A stretch of DNA of 64,000 bases from assembly GCA_051861545.1 (NCBI GenBank), contig JBIMKP010000007.1:5206-69205 (forward strand). Reading direction: 5' to 3'. A program made the translations under genes and the position numbers. How positions within the stretch are numbered: position 1 is the stretch's first letter; each line of letters opens with the position of its first letter. Shown here piece after piece: positions 30,123-39,062 of this stretch. This DNA is from Bacteroidia bacterium (GTDB taxonomy: Bacteria; Bacteroidota; Bacteroidia; UKL13-3). The notes beneath the pieces were generated by a model. That model saw only the letters and a list, made by a program, of their open reading frames with translations, was not told the origin of the DNA and searched no databases.

Positions 30123-31589
30123 TTACTTTTTTATAATTCTCTTACTTATTATCTCTTCATTTTCTGTTTGAATAACCAATAAGTATATCCCTTCTTTTAA
30201 ATCACCGATATTTAATTGCAATGAGTTTTGTCCTTTCGAAAATTCAGTTTGATTGTTGAATGTAGTAAGTAATTGTCCGTTAATATTATACATTGAAATA
30301 CTTAGCTTTTGTGAGTTTTTTAATTCAAATTCTAAATTTAAATTAGATTCTGTAGGGTTTGGAAAAACATTATAAAATTCAAGTGCATCTGATTTTTGTT
30401 GGCAAGCTTCAAAGTAAACGCATTGCTTAGTAGGTTTATGTAGTATGAAAACATCTTGGTATTCTTTTATTAAGTCAGCGGAAATTCTTTTAGGAAGAAC
30501 ATTGAATATTCTATCGTTTGGTTCATACCATACTATTATATCCGACCTATAGCCTGTTTTATCATTTGCACTTTTTACATCTCCAGATTTTATTAAAATA
30601 GGAATGAAACCTGGTAGTTTTTCAATCAATTTTTTTTCTGCATTTTTCCTAGCTTCAATTGCTTTGGGATAAGTATTTGGATTTAAATTATGTTCCTTCA
30701 TGTATTTCATATCCACTTCAGTTAAACCATCATCCAAACTATAACTTAGCCATTTTTGTCCCAAATCATCTGTTACTAAAGTTGGAATAGGAATTGATTT
30801 ATAAATACTATCAGCATTCTTTCTGGGCAAATTAGAAGTTGGTAAACTAAATTGTGATGGATTATTTTTTAAAACTTCATTTAAACTGTCGCTTACATGC
30901 ATTGTCAGCTTGTTACCAAAACTCACTTTAAATTTTGGACCAAATACAGGTAAATCGTTTTCTTTTAGATTAAATGTTGTAGTTGAGCCATATTTGGAAT
31001 ACCTTGTGTAGATTACATTTCCTTTTTCAGTAGTGGCAATTGGAACCTTTATTTCATTATTTTCAATTGTAATTCCTAAGCTTTTTAGTTCATCATTATT
31101 TAACTCAATAACATGAATGTTTTTCAAATTGATAATCCGCTTAGCAAATGTTGATTTAATAGAATCACTTGGACTTTCTTGTTTGTTATTATCAAGTTCT
31201 GAAAATATGAGTTGTTCTCCTACTTCTTGTTTTATTTGCTTGTTTTTAGTTTGTTTAACTGGAGTTTTAGCATTTCGTTTTTGAACAGGTTTTATATCAA
31301 CAGTTTTATTTTTTACAGGCAATAATTGATTCAATTTTGTTTCCGGTTTTGGTTGTTTTGAAGCCTTACTGACTTTGACATCATTTTGAAAAAAAATGTT
31401 CATCCAAACAACTAAAATTAATATGGTACTCATAGTGATAATTATTAAAAAAGGGTAATTATTCGAAACAGGTTTAAGATTCGATTTAGGCTTATTGCCA
31501 AGGTTTTTGCTTATATCCGAAAGGCTTAAAATTGGCTCTTCATTAGCAGCATTTTTTATAAGCTCATTTAAGTGATTTTCAGGATTCAT
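30123..31589 (-). CDS. Membrane protein cotranscribed with the ECF sigma factor (putative anti-sigma) carrying a T9SS C-terminal sorting domain
   Basis: Overlaps the sigma gene by 11 nt. 45-aa N-terminal cytoplasmic segment and a TM (FLIIITMSTILILVVWMNIFF). C-terminus ...VFPNPTESNLNLEF...GIYLLVIQTENEEIISKRIIKK is a T9SS tail. Confidence 0.55.
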   Translation of the reverse strand: MNPENHLNELIKNAANEEPILSLSDISKNLGNKPKSNLKPVSNNYPFLIIITMSTILILVVWMNIFFQNDVKVSKASKQPKPETKLNQLLPVKNKTVDIKPVQKRNAKTPVKQTKNKQIKQEVGEQLIFSELDNNKQESPSDSIKSTFAKRIINLKNIHVIELNNDELKSLGITIENNEIKVPIATTEKGNVIYTRYSKYGSTTTFNLKENDLPVFGPKFKVSFGNKLTMHVSDSLNEVLKNNPSQFSLPTSNLPRKNADSIYKSIPIPTLVTDDLGQKWLSYSLDDGLTEVDMKYMKEHNLNPNTYPKAIEARKNAEKKLIEKLPGFIPILIKSGDVKSANDKTGYRSDIIVWYEPNDRIFNVLPKRISADLIKEYQDVFILHKPTKQCVYFEACQQKSDALEFYNVFPNPTESNLNLEFELKNSQKLSISMYNINGQLLTTFNNQTEFSKGQNSLQLNIGDLKEGIYLLVIQTENEEIISKRIIKK

Positions 31590-32091
31590 TTTTTGCTCCT
31601 TTCTCTGCTTGAATGAGCAGTTTTAGTTGTTGACGCGCTTTGTATAAAGTTGATTTTACCTTTCTTTCTTGAATATCTAAAATTTGAGAAATTTCAACAT
31701 AACTAAACCCTGAAATTTCAAAAAGAGTTAATACTTCTTGTTCAATAGGACTTAACTTCGAAAGCCAGAACTGAAGTTCAAGTTTTAATAAATTGCTATC
31801 GATTTCCTGTCCCCCAATTTTATTCTCAATTTGTTCTTTATTCCATGTACCCTTGAATTTATTTCTTCTAAGGGATTTTAAAAACAGGCGATGAGCTATA
31901 CCAAACAAATAAAACAAAAACTGATGATGAGATTTAATTTGATCAAATTTTTCGAAAGCAATTAATGTTGTTTCACTAATTAAATCTTTAGCATCATCTT
32001 TATCCCAAACCAAAGTTTGCACATACCTGCAAAGCCGAGGATGCAAGGGCGTATACAATTCCATGAATTTATCTTTAGTTGATTGGTCCAA
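31579..32091 (-). CDS. ECF (sigma-70 family) RNA polymerase sigma factor
   Basis: 170 aa. Region 2 (..DAKDLISETTLIAFEKF..) and region 4 HTH (..GFSYVEISQILDIQERKVKSTLYKARQQL..). Confidence 0.75.
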   Translation of the reverse strand: MDQSTKDKFMELYTPLHPRLCRYVQTLVWDKDDAKDLISETTLIAFEKFDQIKSHHQFLFYLFGIAHRLFLKSLRRNKFKGTWNKEQIENKIGGQEIDSNLLKLELQFWLSKLSPIEQEVLTLFEISGFSYVEISQILDIQERKVKSTLYKARQQLKLLIQAEKGAKNES

Positions 32092-32271
32092 ATCCTATTT
32101 TTTTGTATCTGTAAGTTCCATAAGGGTAGTGAAAAGTTATAAATTTGAATCAATTAGTATGTATTAGGCTTATAATGAGGAGATAAATATTTTGTTGCCA
32201 TTTAATTCCTGGAGAATTTTCCATAAAAAAAGCTGCCCGAAAGCAGCTTTTTTATTTTGAGGAAGGAAGAA

Positions 32272-32949
32272 TTAATCTCTTCTTCCTAAATAAATTTGTA
32301 AGTAATACAACAATGTTGCAATTGAAGCAATGGCTGCAACTACATATGTCATAGCTGCCCATTTTAACGCGTCTTTTGTCATTGGATATTCTTCGTCTCT
32401 TACCATTCCTCTGTCGCTTAACCAAGCTAAAGCTCTTCTGCTAGCATCAAATTCTACGGGTAATGTAATTATTGAAAAGAATGCTGTTACAGCGAATAAT
32501 ACAATCCCCAATAATAACAATGATGGAAATATATTGATGGTGAAAATACCAGCAATTAATATCCATTGCACCCATTTAGAAGCAAAACTTACTACCGGCA
32601 CTAAGCTCGATCTAAAAGTTAACCATGCATAAGCATTTGCATGTTGAACTGCGTGTCCACATTCGTGTGCTGCAATGGCTGCTGAAATTACACTGCGGCC
32701 ATAAAATACATCATGACTCAAATTCACAGTTTTGTCTTGTGGATTGTAATGGTCGGTTAACTGACCTTCGGTACTTAAAACTTTTACATCGTAAATGCCG
32801 TTCTCGCGTAACATTTTTTCAGCAATTTCGCCACCAGTTAATCTGTTACTTAGTGCTACTTCTGAATATTCTTTAATTTTTGATTTGAATCTCCAACTTA
32901 CCAATAAACTTAGTAAAAATGGAAGGATTAAATAAACTATATATGACAT
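32272..32949 (-). CDS. Membrane-anchored putative neutral zinc metallopeptidase (Zn_peptidase_2 family)
   Basis: HExxH motif HECGHAVQH. TM helices on both sides. 225 aa. Confidence 0.65.
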   Translation of the reverse strand: MSYIVYLILPFLLSLLVSWRFKSKIKEYSEVALSNRLTGGEIAEKMLRENGIYDVKVLSTEGQLTDHYNPQDKTVNLSHDVFYGRSVISAAIAAHECGHAVQHANAYAWLTFRSSLVPVVSFASKWVQWILIAGIFTINIFPSLLLLGIVLFAVTAFFSIITLPVEFDASRRALAWLSDRGMVRDEEYPMTKDALKWAAMTYVVAAIASIATLLYYLQIYLGRRD

Positions 32950-33201
32950 GATTTTAAAATTTTATAAATTGATGTTTACAAACTACGTACCAATCGCACC
33001 AAAATTAAAATGATGGCAAAAAGGAACATATAAATGCTGATTCTATTGATTCCATGCATCATTTTTAAGTTAAATGATGACGGACTGTCAGGATTTGGCT
33101 TTTTCCAGAATTGTAAATACGACAGAAATTTCTCCCACATAGCTGATAATTTTAAAAACAAATTTAAGATTAAACAATCAATACTCATATTGTTTTTTTG
33201 C

Positions 33202-33598
33202 GAGTATCCGCATTTACCAGCAGTAATTTTTTATAAATCCGGTGCATGTTTTGAGAAATATTTTCAAAAAATAGTTTGGAATAAAATTGCTCTATATAGT
33301 GAAGTTTAAGACCCCGATAGGTGGTCTCATGTTTATAGAAAAATGCTCGAAATGGATTCCCCCAAATCTCTACAAACGCGGACCAAAGGTCCGCGTTTGT
33401 AGAGATTTGGGGTGGTTTTTCTTTACTTTTTTTCTTCTATAATCATGTCATCCCTTCAGGATTTTAAGAATTTCAAGAAAGAACTTGTTCCTGATTTAAA
33501 TTCATGTTTGGGGTTTATTTTGATTTTATTGAGTAAGCATCTTTATTAAAGCTTTGAAGATTCGTAAAACAGATTCTTAGATAAAGAAGCGGATACTC
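33202..33598. mobile_element. MITE-like intergenic repeat, copy 3 (best preserved; 10-bp TIR gagtatccgc / gcggatactc)
   Basis: The TIRs are read directly. The element is flanked by ~20-bp direct repeats atactcatattgttttt(t)tgcg at 33181-33202 and 33593-33613. The internal perfect palindrome is at 33366-33418. Confidence 0.7.
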
Positions 33599-33637
33599 AT
33601 ATTGTTTTTTGCGAAAATTTAAATCTGCTTAAAAATA

Positions 33638-33657
33638 TTTTTAGATTAGTCTAAAAA
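33638..33657. promoter_or_regulatory. Putative MntR/DtxR-type operator (18/20 palindrome) overlapping the mntR promoter
   Basis: tttttagattagtctaaaaa resembles the DtxR box TTAGGTTAGCCTAACCTAA. It sits immediately upstream of the TAnnTTTG -7 box tatatttg (33661-33668) and the mntR ATG (33674). Confidence 0.4.
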
Positions 33658-33673
33658 TTATATATTTGCTATT

Positions 33674-34333
33674 ATGTATTCATTTACAGAGGAAAACTAC
33701 TTAAAAGCCATTTACAAACTGCAGGAAAGACATGAAGATGCAGTCAATACGAATTCAATTGCTGCTTCTTTAGAGACTAAAGCAGCTTCTGTAACCGATA
33801 TGATTAAAAAACTTTCGGCCAAAGATTTATTGGTTTACGAAAAATATAAAGGTGTTCAATTAACAGCTTTGGGTAAAAGAATTGCAATTGATACGGTTAG
33901 AAAACACCGTTTATGGGAAACCTTTTTAGTTGAAAAACTCAAATTTTCTTGGGATGAGGTTCACGAATTAGCTGAAGAATTAGAGCATATTCAATCTGAA
34001 AAACTCATTGATAAATTAGATGAGTTCCTAGGTTTTCCTGCTCACGATCCTCACGGAGACCCTATACCTCAGCGCGATGGTGTTATCAAACAAAGAAGCC
34101 TTTTTCTTTTAAGTGAATTAATTGATGGGCAAAGTGGTATAGTAAGTGGCGTGGTAGATCACAGTTCACTATTTCTTCAATACCTCGAAAAAATGAATTT
34201 GGTTTTGGGTAAACAAATTCAAATTACAGAACAAAATCAGTTCGATAAAAGTTACCAGATTTTATTAAATGAAACAGAAAACCTACACATCAGTGTGGAG
34301 GTTGCTAAAAATGTATTGGTGAGGTTAATTTAA
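33674..34333 (+). CDS. mntR: DtxR/MntR-family metal-dependent transcriptional regulator with C-terminal FeoA-like domain
   Basis: N-terminal winged helix (ENYLKAIYKLQE...), a metal-binding helix region, and a C-terminal SH3-like FeoA domain. Confidence 0.75.
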   Translation: MYSFTEENYLKAIYKLQERHEDAVNTNSIAASLETKAASVTDMIKKLSAKDLLVYEKYKGVQLTALGKRIAIDTVRKHRLWETFLVEKLKFSWDEVHELAEELEHIQSEKLIDKLDEFLGFPAHDPHGDPIPQRDGVIKQRSLFLLSELIDGQSGIVSGVVDHSSLFLQYLEKMNLVLGKQIQITEQNQFDKSYQILLNETENLHISVEVAKNVLVRLI

Positions 34334-34334
34334 T

Positions 34335-36200
34335 ATGTCAGAAAAATCATTAAGCGAAGTCCACGAATCGGTGGATGTAAATAAAACCAAAGGTAGATTT
34401 AGAAAACTATTGGCCTTTATTGGTCCCGCATATTTAGTAAGTGTTGGATACATGGACCCAGGAAACTGGGCTACAGATATAGCAGGTGGAAGTAGGTTCG
34501 GTTATAGTTTAATTTGGATTCTTTTAATGAGTAACCTGATGGCTTTGTTGTTACAAAGTTTGGCCGCTCGTTTGGGAATTGTAAAAGGTTGGGATTTGGC
34601 TCAAGCAAGTCGACAACAATATCCAACTTGGGTAAATGTTTCGTTGTATGCTTTTGCAGAAATTGCTATTGCTGCTACTGATTTGGCTGAAATTATTGGT
34701 ATGGCAATTGGATTGAATTTATTGTTTGATTTACCTCTTATATGGGGAGTTGTAATTACCGTTTTTGATACTTTTTTATTGCTATTTCTTATCAATAAAG
34801 GCATCCGAAGATTAGAACTTTTTATCATCAGTTTGGTCGCAATTATAGGATTGTCTTTTATTGCTCAAATGTTCATTGTACAACCCGAAATTGTTCCTTT
34901 AATGAAAGGTTTTATTCCGGGTGATTTAAGCGGAGAGGCCTTATATATTGCAATTGGAATTATTGGTGCAACTGTAATGCCACATAATTTGTATTTACAT
35001 TCTTCATTAGTTCAAACTCGCAGATTTAGTAGAGATGAACAAGGTATAAGAACTGCTCTCAAATTCAATTTTATTGATTCGACTATTGCATTAAATGCAG
35101 CGTTTTTTGTGAATGCTGCTATTTTAGTTTTAGCTGCATCTGCTTTTTATAAAAATGGTTATAATGATGTGGTTGATATTTCAAACGCTCATGAATTATT
35201 AAAAGGTTTATTTGGAAACTTAGCTCCAACGTTGTTTGCAATTGCGCTGATTGCTGCTGGACAAAGTTCTACTGTTACAGGTACATTGGCCGGACAAATT
35301 GTAATGGAAGGTTATTTGAATTTAAGGATTAGTCCTTGGTTAAGAAGAATTATAACCCGCGCTATTGCTGTTGCTCCAGCAGTATTTACTATTTTGTATT
35401 TGGGTGAAGAAAAATTGGGTGAATTATTGATTCTTAGTCAGGTTGTTTTAAGTATTCAATTAGGATTTGCTATTGTTCCATTAATCCATTTTAGTTCATC
35501 CAAAGCAATTATGGGTGAATTCAGAATTTCAAAATGGATGACCATTGTTTCATGGATTGTTGCAATTGTTATTATTGGTTTAAATATGAAACTGGTAATA
35601 GAAGAAGTTTCAGGATTTTTAGAAAGCGAATATGGAGATATTTTCATCTTAAAACTATTCGTTTTATTGGTAGTGATTTTTGCTGTTTCTCTTTTAATTT
35701 GGATTATAGCGGCACCTCTTTTCAAAAAAATCATTCATAAACAAATCATACCTCATGGTGGAGCTATGAGTTTGAAATTGAAAAAAGTAGAGTCGTTTAA
35801 AAATATTGGTATTGCAGTAGATTTTACTTCAACAGATATGGCGAGTATTTCTTATGCTATACATTTAGGTGGAATCAAAGCCAATTATGTTTTAATCCAT
35901 GTGGTTGAATCGGCAGCAGCAATGCAATATGAAGGGCAAGTGGAAGATTCGGAAACCAAAGCAGATAGAGAATATTTATTGTCGTATACCAATGAACTTA
36001 GTCAAAAAGGTTACAACATAAAACCATGTTTAGGATTTGGAAATAGGGTAGAAGCCATCTCCAAATTTGTAAAAGAAGAGAATACAGATTTGTTAATAAT
36101 GGGAGCTCACGGACATCAAACCATGAAGGATTTTATCTTTGGTTCAACAGTTGAATCTGTAAGACATAAACTTGAAATTCCTGTTTTGGTGGTGAAGTAA
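34335..36200 (+). CDS. mntH: NRAMP-family Mn2+/Fe2+ transporter MntH fused to a C-terminal universal stress protein (UspA) domain
   Basis: NRAMP motif GYMDPGNWATDI. Eleven TM segments. C-terminal ~140 aa has the Usp fold (..LIMGAHGHQTMKDFIFGSTVESV..). Confidence 0.8.
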   Translation: MSEKSLSEVHESVDVNKTKGRFRKLLAFIGPAYLVSVGYMDPGNWATDIAGGSRFGYSLIWILLMSNLMALLLQSLAARLGIVKGWDLAQASRQQYPTWVNVSLYAFAEIAIAATDLAEIIGMAIGLNLLFDLPLIWGVVITVFDTFLLLFLINKGIRRLELFIISLVAIIGLSFIAQMFIVQPEIVPLMKGFIPGDLSGEALYIAIGIIGATVMPHNLYLHSSLVQTRRFSRDEQGIRTALKFNFIDSTIALNAAFFVNAAILVLAASAFYKNGYNDVVDISNAHELLKGLFGNLAPTLFAIALIAAGQSSTVTGTLAGQIVMEGYLNLRISPWLRRIITRAIAVAPAVFTILYLGEEKLGELLILSQVVLSIQLGFAIVPLIHFSSSKAIMGEFRISKWMTIVSWIVAIVIIGLNMKLVIEEVSGFLESEYGDIFILKLFVLLVVIFAVSLLIWIIAAPLFKKIIHKQIIPHGGAMSLKLKKVESFKNIGIAVDFTSTDMASISYAIHLGGIKANYVLIHVVESAAAMQYEGQVEDSETKADREYLLSYTNELSQKGYNIKPCLGFGNRVEAISKFVKEENTDLLIMGAHGHQTMKDFIFGSTVESVRHKLEIPVLVVK

Positions 36201-36492
36201 GAATTGTATTTTTAAGGTGATTTTTTGCTTATTGAGCAATTTAAGCTCCTACTAAAATCTTGCTGATTCCTCATTAGCCATGCGGTTTTAACCCATGGGG
36301 AATGAGGAGTTAGAATCTAATTGCTATATCATAGAAAAATTACAGTTTTTAGTTGTTTGAAGCTTTGTCAATTATCTCATATTGATAAAAAGGACTTCCT
36401 TCTTGGATTGAACTATTATTGTTTTCAAACTAAATTCACTATCATTTTTATAGAATCAAAAAGAAACCTAGTTTCCATCTTATATTTGCTAA

Positions 36493-36897
36493 ATGATTTG
36501 TCCTTTTGAAATAGGAGATGAAAAGAAATTTTCAGTAACAGTTCAAACAAACGATACAGCAAGTTTCGATAGTGGTGAAGTGCATCCGGTTTATGCAACT
36601 TTTGCTTTAGGAAGAGATGCTGAATGGTGTTGCAGGTTGTTTGTTTTGGAAATGAAAGAAGATGGGGAAGAAGGTATTGGTACTTTTCTTTCCATACAAC
36701 ATCATTCTCCTGCTTATGTAGGTTCAAAGGTTGATATTACAGCAAAGGTGAAATCAATTCAAAAAAATGAAATCATTTGCAGCTATGAAGCAAAAGTTGG
36801 AGAGCGATTGGTAGCAAGTGGGGAACAAGGACAAAAAATTTTGAAAAAGGAAAGATTAGAACAATTATTCGAAAAAATTAAACAAGACAGTGAGTAA
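36493..36897 (+). CDS. Hotdog-fold thioesterase-like protein (putative)
   Basis: 134 aa. Pattern ..VHPVYATFALGRDAEWCCR.. fits a hotdog acyl-CoA thioesterase. Confidence 0.35.
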   Translation: MICPFEIGDEKKFSVTVQTNDTASFDSGEVHPVYATFALGRDAEWCCRLFVLEMKEDGEEGIGTFLSIQHHSPAYVGSKVDITAKVKSIQKNEIICSYEAKVGERLVASGEQGQKILKKERLEQLFEKIKQDSE

Positions 36898-37342
36898 AAC
36901 AACAGGAGTAAATATAGTCAATAAGAAGGCCTCATTTGAATTTCATATTCTTCAAAAATACACCGCAGGCATTCAGCTTACAGGTACAGAAGTGAAATCG
37001 ACAAGGCTGGGAAATGTGAATTTAAATGAAGCATTTTGTTTCTTTAAAAACGATGAATTGTATGTGCGTGGAATGAATATTGGAACCTTCAAACAAGGTT
37101 CATACAATAACCATGAAACATTAAGAGTAAGGAAACTTTTATTGAAAAAAGCAGAGTTATCAAAGCTTCAATTCAAATCAAAAGAAAAAGGATTTTCTAT
37201 TGTGCCTATTAAATTGTTTGAATCTGAAAGAGGATTTTTGAAATTAGAAATTGCATTAGCACAAGGTAAAAAAGCCTTCGATAAACGCGAAAGCATCAAA
37301 GAAAGAGATGTAGAAAGAAGTATGAGAAGGAATCAGGAGTAA
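36890..37342 (+). CDS. smpB: SsrA-binding protein SmpB
   Basis: 150 aa. N-terminus (..IVNKKASFEFHILQKYTAGIQLTGTEVKS..) and basic C-terminal tail are typical of SmpB. Confidence 0.85.
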   Translation: MSKTTGVNIVNKKASFEFHILQKYTAGIQLTGTEVKSTRLGNVNLNEAFCFFKNDELYVRGMNIGTFKQGSYNNHETLRVRKLLLKKAELSKLQFKSKEKGFSIVPIKLFESERGFLKLEIALAQGKKAFDKRESIKERDVERSMRRNQE

Positions 37343-37440
37343 GATAATCTTTTAAGTTTATAGTGAAGTTTTTATAAGCTGGCTAAAATTTATAAATTCA
37401 AATTAAATTTGTATTTTTGAACTATTAAAACGACAGTAAA

Positions 37441-37695
37441 GTGGGACAATTATTAAACATTATGGAAATCAAAAATCTTTATCCTAACGAATGGGTTTTG
37501 ATTGGAAATCCTGTAATGGACGACACTAAAATTGACGTTATTTCAGGTGTTCCTATTTATCATAGCAAGGACAAAAAGGAGGTATGCTATATTGGTCGCA
37601 ACAAGACTTCTTCCTACGACAAAATTACCTTAATTTTTACCGGTTCATTCAAGCCGACCAGAAAAATTACAGGTATTTTCAATCGCATTAAATAA
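37441..37695 (+). CDS. Hypothetical 84-aa protein, translationally coupled to the downstream retropepsin-like gene
   Basis: Its stop TAA overlaps the next ATG by one nucleotide (TAATG). Confidence 0.4.
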   Translation: MGQLLNIMEIKNLYPNEWVLIGNPVMDDTKIDVISGVPIYHSKDKKEVCYIGRNKTSSYDKITLIFTGSFKPTRKITGIFNRIK

Positions 37696-38087
37696 TGATT
37701 TTTCCATTCAAAAGAGAACCCGAAAGTGGGCTCCTTATAATTAGCATTGAAATTGATTCAAAATTCGAACTTAAAATGGTATTGGATACTGGAGCAACAA
37801 ACACTACCATTGACAGCAATGCTTTGTATTTATTAGGATATGATCTTAAAGACAGTATTGGGTTAGTGGAAATTGAAACAGCTAATGGAATCATTGAAAC
37901 AGAAGTATTCGAAATTGGTAGTTTTAGTTCTCTTGGTCAAATAAGGGAAAACTTTCAAATTCAGGTTTATGATTTCTTGGCACACGGTATATTTTCCGAC
38001 TATAATGGCCTTATCGGACTGGACTTTTTAGAGGGACAAAAGTTTTGTATTGATTTGAAGTTAAATACAATTACCTTAACAAAATAG
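37695..38087 (+). CDS. Retropepsin-like (clan AA) aspartic protease domain protein
   Basis: Catalytic motif VLDTGATNTTID. 130-aa stand-alone domain. Confidence 0.6.
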   Translation: MIFPFKREPESGLLIISIEIDSKFELKMVLDTGATNTTIDSNALYLLGYDLKDSIGLVEIETANGIIETEVFEIGSFSSLGQIRENFQIQVYDFLAHGIFSDYNGLIGLDFLEGQKFCIDLKLNTITLTK

Positions 38088-38202
38088 CGCATAAAAAAAG
38101 CGCCAAAGAGTTATAGCATTTGTTTTTTTATTAATCAGAACTTATTTCTCTGCTATTTATATTAAGGTTCAAGAAGCAATACATCATAAGACTAAAACAA
38201 AA

Positions 38203-38231
38203 AAAGCCGGAATCATTCTCGGCTTTTTTTG
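38203..38231. terminator. Bidirectional rho-independent terminator
   Basis: aaaaaaagccggaatcattctcggcttttttt: stem agccg/cggct with A-run and T-run flanks. Serves the minus-strand OMP gene and possibly the + operon. Confidence 0.6.
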
Positions 38232-38249
38232 TTTATAATAAGATACTTT

Positions 38250-38981
38250 TTAGAATTTAATACCTAAACGAACCCCACCAGCAGATGCTCCAAAATAAGA
38301 GTTAGTGCTAGTTCCTAAATTTTTTGTTGTTGTTGGTGAACCGCCACTTAATGTAGTTTTAATTTCACCTTCACCAACGCTACTCATGCTGAATAATCCT
38401 AATCCAAATTCACCTCCAATATAAACTCCATCGAATAAATAATAATCGGCACCCATCATTAAACCAGCACTAAATCCAAAAGTACTTCCAGTTTTTTCAT
38501 CATATTTATTACCTTCAATTACATCTCCAAATTGAGGATTTGGATTGGCAGCATTGGTTACTGCAATTGTTCTTCCACCAATCATAGTAATACCTAATTG
38601 CGCTCCTACATACGGAGATAGTTTATTTGTTCCTTCAAAATGCATTTCATATCCAGGAAAAAATGCCAATCCAAAACCATTGCTGGTTTTAATAGTTGCA
38701 TCAACTCCAGAACCTGCAATATTTGTGGTTGTTGAACCGCCACCTAATCCAAGGCGTAAACGAACTGCACCTAAATCAGAAAGAAAATAACGTAAACGAA
38801 TTTCAGCGGGTGCTCCGCCGCCATTGCTGTTTAAACCATAACTAATAGGACTATCACCAATTTGTAAGTTTAAAAGCACTTCGGCTGTTTTTTCTCCTTC
38901 TCCCGGTTTTTGGGCAAATGCAAATGTGCTTGCTACTGCAAATGCAGAAAGCAAAATAGATTTTTTGAAAAGTTTGTTCAT
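38250..38981 (-). CDS. Outer-membrane beta-barrel protein (porin/OmpA-like barrel family)
   Basis: Signal peptide. Gly-rich amphipathic strands. C-terminus ...GGVRLGIKF ends in Phe. Confidence 0.55.
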   Translation of the reverse strand: MNKLFKKSILLSAFAVASTFAFAQKPGEGEKTAEVLLNLQIGDSPISYGLNSNGGGAPAEIRLRYFLSDLGAVRLRLGLGGGSTTTNIAGSGVDATIKTSNGFGLAFFPGYEMHFEGTNKLSPYVGAQLGITMIGGRTIAVTNAANPNPQFGDVIEGNKYDEKTGSTFGFSAGLMMGADYYLFDGVYIGGEFGLGLFSMSSVGEGEIKTTLSGGSPTTTKNLGTSTNSYFGASAGGVRLGIKF

Positions 38982-39062
38982 TGTTGGCTACAATTTTAAT
39001 AAGCGCAAATATATCATTGTGTTACAATTCTGAAAGGCACAATAATTTAAATTCCCTTAAAT

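Noticed and set aside
36240-36300. Stem-loop ctcctcatt...aatgaggag after mntH, considered as a possible riboswitch or terminator
   Set aside because: Only a 9-bp stem with a large loop and no T-run. No resemblance to a known riboswitch core.
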